A DNA stretch of 42,339 nucleotides from Eubacteriales bacterium (GTDB lineage: Bacteria; Bacillota; Clostridia; Oscillospirales; CAG-272), in NCBI GenBank assembly GCA_045589735.1, contig JAZNPQ010000009.1, positions 1-42,339 on the forward strand, read 5' to 3'. The notes beneath the pieces were generated by a model. That model was given only the letters and a program-made list of their open reading frames with translations. It was not told where the DNA came from and did not search any database. The position numbers and the translations under genes were made by a program. Positions within the stretch are counted from its first letter, which is position 1, and every line of letters begins with the position of its first letter. This document shows, piece after piece, positions 35,054 through 42,339 of this stretch.

Positions 35054-35640
35054 AATCCAAAGGAGAGGATTCCATAGGATTCGAGTACGTTATAAACACC
35101 TATGAGTATAAGAATACAACCACCTGCAAACTCTGCCTTTTTCTCATACTTAGAGCCAAAAATATTTCCTATCTTAACACCGATCATAGAAAGTGTAAAG
35201 GTCATAACTCCAATGATAAGCACAGCGATAAACACACTCATCTGAAGCCCCTCTGCCGCCATCGAAACGCCTGTTGCAAGTGCGTCTATACTTGTCGCTA
35301 TTGCCAGCATCAGCATATTACCGAACTTAAGCGAATCGTCATGCTCCTCACAGCAATCGCATTTTTTAAGCGACTCGCGTATCATATTTGCGCCGATGAT
35401 CACGAGAAGCACAAGCGCTATCCAAGGGCAAAAAGCATCTATATTTATCAGCTTACGAAGAACGGCAAACAAAAAATATCCTATAAGCGGCATAATTGCC
35501 TGAAAAACACCAAACCACGCGCCGACGGTTGTAGCTTTTCCGAAGGTCAGCTTTTTCATTGCAAGTCCCTTGCATATAGCGACGGCAAAAGCGTCCATAG
35601 AAAGCGCTATAGCCATTAAAATTACTGTTACGTATCCCAT
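35050..35640 (-). CDS. mntP: Manganese efflux pump MntP
   Basis: 196 aa. LSMDAFAVAI and ATSIDALATG repeat motifs. Its stop overlaps the downstream start (ATGA). Confidence 0.8.
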   Translation of the reverse strand: MGYVTVILMAIALSMDAFAVAICKGLAMKKLTFGKATTVGAWFGVFQAIMPLIGYFLFAVLRKLINIDAFCPWIALVLLVIIGANMIRESLKKCDCCEEHDDSLKFGNMLMLAIATSIDALATGVSMAAEGLQMSVFIAVLIIGVMTFTLSMIGVKIGNIFGSKYEKKAEFAGGCILILIGVYNVLESYGILSFGL

Positions 35641-35656
35641 ATTTCTCCTTACATTA

Positions 35657-35695
35657 AAAGGTGACCTTGACTAATCTATCAGGGTCACCGTTTTT
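35657..35695 (-). terminator. Intrinsic terminator after the aminotransferase gene
   Basis: Minus strand: aaaaacggtgaccctgatagattagtcaaggtcacctttt. Confidence 0.65.
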
Positions 35696-35697
35696 AA

Positions 35698-36975
35698 TTA
35701 CGCTAAAAGTTTTTCTACTGCCGCAAGTCTTGCGCAACAGGTAAGAACGCTCATAGCCTCTTTAAGCTCAGAGTCCGACGGATAGGTCGGTGCGATTCTT
35801 ATGTTACTGTCCTTGGGGTCGTTTCCGTAGGGGTATGTAGCGCCTACGTTTGTAAGCACGACACCCGCCTCCTTGCAAAGCTGATATGTTCTCTTTGCCG
35901 TTCCGTCAAGCACATAAAGGCTTACGAAATAACCACCGAGCGGCTTTGTCCAACGTGCTGTTCCGGTTGGAGCAAGGTCGAGTGAAAGTGTTTCCTCGAC
36001 TATCTCAAACTTGGGTCTGATTATCTCGGCAAGCTCCTTCATGTGTCCGAGAATTCCTTCTGCCGACTGGAAATATCTGACGTGACGTATCTGATTTATT
36101 TTATCAAATCCGATAGTCTGAACGCTCATTATAGGCTTTATCTGCGCAAGATTTCTGTCGGATGCCGCAAAGATGGCAACGCCCGAGCCGGGGAAGCTTA
36201 TCTTTGACGTTGAGGCAAAGTAAAATACCATATCCTCGCTTCCGCACTTTTCACATTCCGCAAATATATCAAGCAGCTCGTCTCGCTCGTCATCGTAAAG
36301 GTCGTGTACTGCGTATGCGTTGTCCCAGAAGATTCTGAAATCCTTTGCTTTGGGCTTAAGCGCGGCAAAGCGTTTTACAGTTTCGTCCGAATACGTGATT
36401 CCGTCGGGGTTCGAATATTTAGGACAGCACCAGATACCCTTGATGCTCGCGTCGGTCGATACAAGACGCTCAACCGTATCCATATCGGGACCTGTGGGTG
36501 TCATATCCACGGGTATGAGCTTTATACCGAGCGATTCGCATATAGCAAAATGTCTGTCATATCCCGGACACGGACAGAGGAATTTTACCTCTTCCTCGCG
36601 TCCCCACGGACGCTCACTTCCGACAACACCGTACAGCATTGCGCGTGCAACCGAGTCGTACATTATATTAAGCGACGAGTTTCCGCAAACTACAATATTC
36701 TTTTCGGGAATACCGTAAAGGTCGGAAAACATCTTCTTGGCTTCGGGAATACCGTCAAGTATACCGTAGTTACGGCAGTCACCTGCTGTCGAGCGGCAGT
36801 CCTTTGCATTCGATATGATACCGAGAATTCCCGCCAGCATATCAAGCTGCTCTGTTCCGGGCTTACCTCTTGAAAGGTCAAGCTTCAGATTTTTATCAAC
36901 ATAGCTCTTATAAAGAGCCTCAAGCGCGTTTTTTTCGTTAAGCAGGTCTTCCCTGCTCATTTGTGCATACTGCAT
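35698..36975 (-). CDS. PLP-dependent aminotransferase (aspartate-aminotransferase-like, class I/II fold)
   Basis: 425 aa. [16 protein letters not shown]-terminal motif. [11 protein letters not shown] contains the likely PLP lysine. Confidence 0.7.
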   Translation of the reverse strand: MQYAQMSREDLLNEKNALEALYKSYVDKNLKLDLSRGKPGTEQLDMLAGILGIISNAKDCRSTAGDCRNYGILDGIPEAKKMFSDLYGIPEKNIVVCGNSSLNIMYDSVARAMLYGVVGSERPWGREEEVKFLCPCPGYDRHFAICESLGIKLIPVDMTPTGPDMDTVERLVSTDASIKGIWCCPKYSNPDGITYSDETVKRFAALKPKAKDFRIFWDNAYAVHDLYDDERDELLDIFAECEKCGSEDMVFYFASTSKISFPGSGVAIFAASDRNLAQIKPIMSVQTIGFDKINQIRHVRYFQSAEGILGHMKELAEIIRPKFEIVEETLSLDLAPTGTARWTKPLGGYFVSLYVLDGTAKRTYQLCKEAGVVLTNVGATYPYGNDPKDSNIRIAPTYPSDSELKEAMSVLTCCARLAAVEKLLA

Positions 36976-36996
36976 ATTTACCTCAAAATAATCAAA

Positions 36997-38391
36997 TTAG
37001 AAATCTGCGTTTCCTGTCGTACGCGGGAACGCTTCTACGTCACGGATATTCTGGATTCCCGTGATGTACATGATAAGACGCTCAAAGCCGAGACCGTAGC
37101 CTGCGTGCTTTGTTCCGCCGTATTTGCGAAGATCGGTGTACCACCAATAATCCTCTGCGTTGAGTCCGAAGCGGTCTATCGCTTCAAGCAGACGGTCGTA
37201 TCTTTCCTCACGCTGTGAGCCGCCGATAAGCTCTCCGACACCCGGAACAAGCATATCCGCCGCCGCGACTGTCTTTCCGTCGTCGTTCTGTCTCATATAG
37301 AACGCCTTTATCTCCTTCGGATAATCTGTTACGAAAACAGGCTTGCCGAATATCTGCTCGGTGAGATATCTCTCATGCTCTGTCTGCATATCCATACCCC
37401 AAAATACGGGATACTCAAACTCGTGACCGCACTCTTTGAGCTTTTCAACCGCGTCGGTGTAGGAAATACGTCCGAAATCGCTTGAAACAAGACCGTTAAG
37501 TCTGTCAAGCAGTCCCTTATCTATAAATTTATTGAAAAATTCAAGCTCACGGGGACATTCAGCCATTACGTACTTGATAACGTACTTTATCATAGCCTCA
37601 GCGGTGTCCATATAGTCGTTAAGGTCGGCGAAAGCCATCTCGGGCTCTACCATCCAGAACTCTGCCGCATGACGCTGTGTATTCGATTTTTCGGCGCGGA
37701 AGGTAGGACCAAAGGTATATACCTTACCGAACGCCATTGCAAAGGTCTCAACGTTAAGCTGACCCGAAACGGTAAGTCCCGCGTGCTTTCCGAAGAAATC
37801 CTTCGAGAAATCGACCTCTCCGTCCTCTGTCAGAGGCGGGTCCTTGGGATCTAGTGTCGTTACTCTGAACATCTCGCCTGCCCCCTCACAGTCAGAGCCT
37901 GTGATAAGAGGCGTGTGAACATATACGAATCCGTTTTCGTTAAAGAATTTGTGAAGTGCAAAAGCCGCTACCGAGCGTACGCGGAAGACCGCATTGAAGG
38001 TGTTTGAACGCGGACGAAGGTGTGCTATCGTACGAAGGTATTCAAGGCTATGACGCTTTTTCTGAAGCGGATAGTCGGGGGTGGAGCTTCCTTCGACATC
38101 TATCGACTCCGCCTTTATCTCAAAGGGCTGAGGAGCGTTCGGAGTCAGCTCGATAACACCCGTTACAACGAGTGAGCAGCCGATATTCTGTTTTGCTATC
38201 TCTTTATAATTTGAGAGCTTATTATCCTCAAACACGACCTGCAGATTCGAAAAATAGCTACCGTCATTCAGCTCGATAAAGCCGAACGCATTGCTGGCAC
38301 GGATATTTCTCGCCCAACCTGCTACGGTTATTGTCTTGCCCGAAAATTTTTCCGGCTCTGCGAAAAGCTCCTTGATAAAAACTCTTTTCAT
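36997..38391 (-). CDS. asnS: Asparagine--tRNA ligase
   Basis: 464 aa. OB-fold N-terminus and class II motifs ([19 protein letters not shown]). Confidence 0.9.
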   Translation of the reverse strand: MKRVFIKELFAEPEKFSGKTITVAGWARNIRASNAFGFIELNDGSYFSNLQVVFEDNKLSNYKEIAKQNIGCSLVVTGVIELTPNAPQPFEIKAESIDVEGSSTPDYPLQKKRHSLEYLRTIAHLRPRSNTFNAVFRVRSVAAFALHKFFNENGFVYVHTPLITGSDCEGAGEMFRVTTLDPKDPPLTEDGEVDFSKDFFGKHAGLTVSGQLNVETFAMAFGKVYTFGPTFRAEKSNTQRHAAEFWMVEPEMAFADLNDYMDTAEAMIKYVIKYVMAECPRELEFFNKFIDKGLLDRLNGLVSSDFGRISYTDAVEKLKECGHEFEYPVFWGMDMQTEHERYLTEQIFGKPVFVTDYPKEIKAFYMRQNDDGKTVAAADMLVPGVGELIGGSQREERYDRLLEAIDRFGLNAEDYWWYTDLRKYGGTKHAGYGLGFERLIMYITGIQNIRDVEAFPRTTGNADF

Positions 38392-38498
38392 TTCTCTTTG
38401 TCCTTTTCCCTTATTTTTAACTATTTTAGTATTATATCACATATTACGCAAAAATGCAAGATATAATCTTTAATTTGCAAAAAAATGTGTGAATTTTT

Positions 38499-40922
38499 TC
38501 ATTTATTCGATTTTTTCCAAAATCTTCGCGCGATTTCTGCAAGAGACGACGGATTTCCAGCAAATTTGAGACCGTTCCACTGTTCGGGAAAAAGTCTTGT
38601 GTATGCGGGAGTTCCATAGCGTTCGTCAATAAGCACGACTATGCCCCTATCGTCATCGCGGCGTATAACGCGACCTGCCGCCTGAAGCACCGCGTTCATT
38701 CCGGGATAGGTATATGCATAGTCGTAGCCGTTCTGCTCGGTAACGAGATCATAGTAGTCTCTCAGTATGTTCCGCTCATTCGATATTCCGGGTGCACCGA
38801 CCCCCACGATGATACTTCCTATAAGTCGCTTACCCGGCAGGTCAACGCCCTCGGAAAAACTTCCGCCAAGCACACAAAAGCCTATACGAAGCACGCCCGA
38901 ATCGTCCTTGAACGACGCTAAGAATTCTTCTTTTTGCGCGTACGTCATTCCACGCTTTTGCACGACCGTCACAACTTCGGGGTATTTCTTTTTGAACTCG
39001 TCAAGCACCTTTTCCATATATTCGTACGACGGGAAATAACATATATAATTTCCTGCCTTAGCGCTGACGGTTGCCGCTATGTATATCGCGATCTTTCGGC
39101 AGTTTTTGTCGTTTCTGTCCTCTTTTTTTGTGCTTACCGTATCGACAGCCGCAATACAGAGATTGTCGCTGTCAAACGGTGACGGAAGGTCAACGGTAAA
39201 TGCGCCCGACGTGCCGCAAAGCTCTGTAAAATAGTCAAGAGGTGTCAGAGTTGCAGAGAACAAAATTGCAGAGCGTGCCCTCGAAAGTCTTTCACCGAGT
39301 ACGCCCGACGGATCGAGACAGAACACACGTACTCTCGTGTCGTTTCCGAGTATTTCTATGTAAGTTAGGAACTTTTCGTCATAGTAATCGTTTATGAGTA
39401 TATATTTTTTCACGGCGTAAAGCAGCTCCGAGACCGCAGGATACAACGGATGGTCGCGCCTTGAATGTCTCCACTCGTCTGCCGATTCCGCAAAATCGTG
39501 CAATGCCTCGTAAAGTCCCTTGATGCGTGAACGCGTCATATAAAATCCACGCTCACCGTCGGGCGTTTTTACGAGACTGTCACGGCAAAGCTTTCGTAGC
39601 CCTCGAAGATACATTATTATCTTTTCAAGCGCCGCATCAAGCTCGGGCTCTCCGTTCCCCGACGAAATATAGACCGACTCAAACGCCGAACGTCTGAGTG
39701 TTGTGGAGTACATATCGCGTACGCGGTCGGGCAGGTTATGTGCCTCATCTATTAAAAATACGTTGTCACCGCCGATGGCGTTTTCAGAGAAATAACGTCT
39801 GAAATAAACTGCAGGGTCAAATGCGTAATTGTAGTCGCAAATAATTATGTCGCAAAGCTCTGAAAGATCGAGAGAAAGCTCATACGGACATACGGAAAAC
39901 TCTTTTGCAACCGATTCTATTGCCGAACGAGAGAAACCGTTACAGCGTTCAAGCAGAGCCGTAATGGCAAAATTCACCCTGTCGTAATATCCTCTCGCAT
40001 ATTCGCAATCCTTTGGATTGCAGTATGATGAAACACGCCCCGAAAGCTTTGCCGCTTCACATAAACAGCACTGGTCACGTGCGGTTATTACACACGTACG
40101 AAGTTTTGCTCCATGCTCAAAAAGCTTTTTTGCTGCCGAAAAAGCCTCGCGTCTCGTGCTTGCCTTTGCGGTCAGATAGAAAATTCTGTCACAATGTCCT
40201 TCGGCAAGCGCTCTGACTGCGGGATAGAGTGCAGACAGCGTTTTTCCTGTTCCCGTCGGTGCTTGCGCAAACAGACGTTTGCCTGCTTTAATGGCTCTAT
40301 AGCCTTCTGTTATGAGTGTTTCCTGACCCGAACGAAGCTCACCGAAAGGAAATACCGAATTTTCCTTCACGCTCGGCAAAAGCGTTTCGTATCTGTAAAC
40401 GTATTGCTTTGCTATCGGATGAACTGACGCGAGCATTGCTTCAATGTGCGCGAAAAGTGTTTCCTCGGTCTCGTAATAATCGAACGAATCGCGCGACATA
40501 TCCGACGCGTTTATGTACGTGAGCCGTAATTTTACGGTGTCAAGTGATTTTTGCTTTAAAATAAAATAGCCGTATATACGTAGCTGTGCCAGATGAACGG
40601 CGATCGGCTCACGCGGAATTTTGTGTGAAACCGTTTTTATTTCTTCAACGACGGTATTTTCTCCGTCTGTATAAAAGCAATCGGCAGAGCCGATAATACG
40701 GAACTTTACACCGCAAAGCTCGGCTCTTCCGTCAATGTGATACTCGGAAACGAATCTGGAATATTTTTCGGCATATTCCGACTGAAGATTCCGATGAAGC
40801 TCTCCACCAAGGGTCAGGCGTGACACGGAAACGGTATTGCGACCGCCAAGGTCTCCGCCTCGAAGCGCAGACTCACCGAGTTCTCTTGCCGACATAACTA
40901 TTTCACCGTCACGGTAACGCAC
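38499..40922 (-). CDS. XPD/DinG-family Fe-S DNA helicase with an N-terminal PD-(D/E)xK nuclease-like domain
   Basis: APTGTGKT Walker A and a DEAH box (LIDEAHNL). A Cys cluster lies between them (CCLC...C...C). The N-terminus has GSAD...EEIK...QLRIY, a RecB/Cas4-like pattern. Start placed at GTG, with AAGGAGG 7 nt upstream. The track start at 40976 is also possible. Confidence 0.75.
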   Translation of the reverse strand: MRYRDGEIVMSARELGESALRGGDLGGRNTVSVSRLTLGGELHRNLQSEYAEKYSRFVSEYHIDGRAELCGVKFRIIGSADCFYTDGENTVVEEIKTVSHKIPREPIAVHLAQLRIYGYFILKQKSLDTVKLRLTYINASDMSRDSFDYYETEETLFAHIEAMLASVHPIAKQYVYRYETLLPSVKENSVFPFGELRSGQETLITEGYRAIKAGKRLFAQAPTGTGKTLSALYPAVRALAEGHCDRIFYLTAKASTRREAFSAAKKLFEHGAKLRTCVITARDQCCLCEAAKLSGRVSSYCNPKDCEYARGYYDRVNFAITALLERCNGFSRSAIESVAKEFSVCPYELSLDLSELCDIIICDYNYAFDPAVYFRRYFSENAIGGDNVFLIDEAHNLPDRVRDMYSTTLRRSAFESVYISSGNGEPELDAALEKIIMYLRGLRKLCRDSLVKTPDGERGFYMTRSRIKGLYEALHDFAESADEWRHSRRDHPLYPAVSELLYAVKKYILINDYYDEKFLTYIEILGNDTRVRVFCLDPSGVLGERLSRARSAILFSATLTPLDYFTELCGTSGAFTVDLPSPFDSDNLCIAAVDTVSTKKEDRNDKNCRKIAIYIAATVSAKAGNYICYFPSYEYMEKVLDEFKKKYPEVVTVVQKRGMTYAQKEEFLASFKDDSGVLRIGFCVLGGSFSEGVDLPGKRLIGSIIVGVGAPGISNERNILRDYYDLVTEQNGYDYAYTYPGMNAVLQAAGRVIRRDDDRGIVVLIDERYGTPAYTRLFPEQWNGLKFAGNPSSLAEIARRFWKKSNK

Positions 40923-41063
40923 AAAACCGCCTCCTTTCAAAAGAATATATATAGTCATTATACCACACTTATGCACCTGCCGTCAACCGCAAAATTACCA
41001 TATTTTTTGGGGTTACATTTTGTCTCATAATGTATTATAATATTATAAAGAAAGGAGTCATAT

Positions 41064-41630
41064 ATGGAACTCATACTGATAAACAGCGAAAAGCTGAAAA
41101 TCATGATGTCGCGCGACGACATGGCGGAATATGATATAAGCTGTGAGAGTGCCGACTACAAAAACACCGAAACACGCCGCGCCTTCTGGAGTATTCTTGA
41201 CAGAGCCAAAAAGAGCACGGGGTTTGACGCGGCAAGCGACAAGATATACATACAGATGTATCCCTCAAAGGAGGGCGGATGCGAAATGTACGTCACAAAG
41301 CTCGGATTTTCGGAAAAAGATAAAGAAACAAAAAGCGCAAACGAAGTCGAGCCGCAAATATACCGATTTGACAGTCTCGGAACACTTCTCAAGGTCTGCA
41401 TGGAGCTTGATCGCCTCGGATATTCGAAATTCGGTCGTACATATACCGACAAAAGCGGATTTTTTCTCTGTCTTGAAAGCGAAGTCATAAAAAAGAACGC
41501 CGACCGAACCGCATTTCTTGCCGAATTCGGCGAAAAATGGGACGGTGACGTGTTCTTTACATATGTAAACGAATATTGCACACCTATATGTGAGCACGCC
41601 TCAGTCGGACTGCTCGCGGCATTAAAGTAA
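41064..41630 (+). CDS. mecA: Adaptor protein MecA
   Basis: 188 aa. MELILINSEKLKIMMSRDDMAEYDI is a MecA-type N-terminus. The protein is shorter than Bacillus MecA. Confidence 0.7.
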   Translation: MELILINSEKLKIMMSRDDMAEYDISCESADYKNTETRRAFWSILDRAKKSTGFDAASDKIYIQMYPSKEGGCEMYVTKLGFSEKDKETKSANEVEPQIYRFDSLGTLLKVCMELDRLGYSKFGRTYTDKSGFFLCLESEVIKKNADRTAFLAEFGEKWDGDVFFTYVNEYCTPICEHASVGLLAALK

Positions 41631-41638
41631 AAGCACTC

Positions 41639-42077
41639 ACAAATTGGGATTTAAGGGTGCGATTATACACAGAACAACGGTAGGGCGGGGGCTTGCTCCC
41701 GCCGAAACGAACAATTAAGACAAATAATATTTCTATAGACCGAATAAACCTTAAAAATTGTAGGGACAGGCGTCCTCGACTGTCCGCTTCTTTGATATAC
41801 CGCAAATAATATTTTTTGTAATTAAAAATAATTGTTTTTTTATAGAAATAAAATCAAACCAAAGGCATCGCCACGGACAGTCGAGGAGGCCTGTCCCTAC
41901 AGATTTATTTTAATTGTTTGTTTTATTACAGAAATTTTATTTGTCTTAACCGCTCATTTTCGGGCGACCAATGGTCGCCCGAAAGAAAAACGCATAAATA
42001 AACGGGAGACACAATGTTCGCCCCTACAGTGTAATTAAAATAATCCATAAATAACACACCGACAAATCAAAATTTGA
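41639..42077. mobile_element. MITE-like element, copy D (439 bp, same termini, different interior, opposite orientation to B and C)
   Basis: Termini are acaaattgggatttaagggtg (41639-41659) and caccgacaaatcaaaatttga (42057-42077). The interior has its own inverted arms (tgtagggacaggcgtcctcgactgtccg / cggacagtcgaggaggcctgtccctaca) and GC hairpins. Confidence 0.7.
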
Positions 42078-42092
42078 GGCAGACGTAAAAAT

Positions 42093-42122
42093 CCCCCCTC
42101 GCGGTTTTTTTGCGAGGGGGGG
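42093..42122 (-). terminator. Strong intrinsic terminator
   Basis: cccccctcgc-ggttttttt-gcgagggggg, with a T-run on the minus strand. Confidence 0.8.
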
Positions 42123-42159
42123 TCGATTTAATCCCGAGATTATATTCGATCAGAGTCTA

Positions 42160-42279
42160 TCAGTCGAGAAGAGTGGGAGTAAGATCCGGGTCGTTCTCAG
42201 CGATAAGGCTTGCCGTAATAATATCGGCAGCATTCAGCTTGATTATCTCAATTTCGGGAAGTATGTAATTCTTTTTCAT
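42160..42279 (-). CDS. 39-aa stand-alone small peptide
   Basis: MKKNYILPEIEIIKLNAADIITASLIAENDPDLTPTLLD. AAGGAGG lies 9 nt upstream. A strong terminator lies about 40 nt downstream. Confidence 0.5.
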   Translation of the reverse strand: MKKNYILPEIEIIKLNAADIITASLIAENDPDLTPTLLD

Positions 42280-42339
42280 TATATATACCTCCTTATTTGC
42301 TGTAGATATATGCGCCATCGCATATCTTGATGTAGGCTT

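Noticed and set aside
35641-35697. Possible yybP-ykoY Mn riboswitch upstream of mntP
   Set aside because: The 57-nt gap holds only the terminator of the upstream aminotransferase gene and the mntP RBS.
38392-38498. Possible T-box leader upstream of asnS
   Set aside because: The region is only about 107 nt. It contains a TTGCAT-17-TATAAT promoter but no specifier hairpin or T-box sequence.

Overview
This is about 42 kb from a spore-forming Firmicute. It looks like Clostridia, possibly Oscillospiraceae or Eubacterium siraeum-like, but that is inferred only from gene content and riboswitch resemblance. All calls were made by eye, with no database searches.

Most of the window is ordinary chromosome:
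- sporulation genes (spoIIR, a spoVM-like micro-ORF)
- queT behind a preQ1-I riboswitch
- a FolT-FolC fusion behind a THF riboswitch
- an acyl-CoA ligase followed by a MarR regulator
- sugar-phosphate isomerase-like TIM-barrel paralogs and DegV
- OadB and an OadG-like protein
- an oxidative-stress cluster (Crp/Fnr, D-LDH, Fe-S protein, flavodiiron protein, rubredoxin)
- a radical SAM protein, MntP, an aminotransferase, AsnS, a nuclease-helicase fusion and MecA

Four things stand out:
1. A family of 0.44-0.74 kb non-coding, MITE-like elements has 4 copies here. They share about 21-bp terminal inverted repeats. Their interiors are mosaics of hairpins whose stems co-vary. The roughly 150-bp core, bounded by a 14-bp inverted repeat, is in opposite orientation in different copies.
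2. A 6.45-kb integrase-less island splits a tRNA-Pro(CGG) gene in its anticodon loop. It carries a Fic protein, a DtxR regulator, FeoAB and an HMA protein. It also carries its own complete tRNA-Pro(CGG), placed so that the original tRNA promoter can read into it.
3. A 166-bp structured repeat is wedged between gene pairs in two unrelated operons. Each time it supplies the downstream ribosome-binding site (RBS).
4. A 132-bp tandem duplication carries the 3' end of tRNA-Leu.

I found no CRISPR array, no rRNA and no recognisable defence operon.
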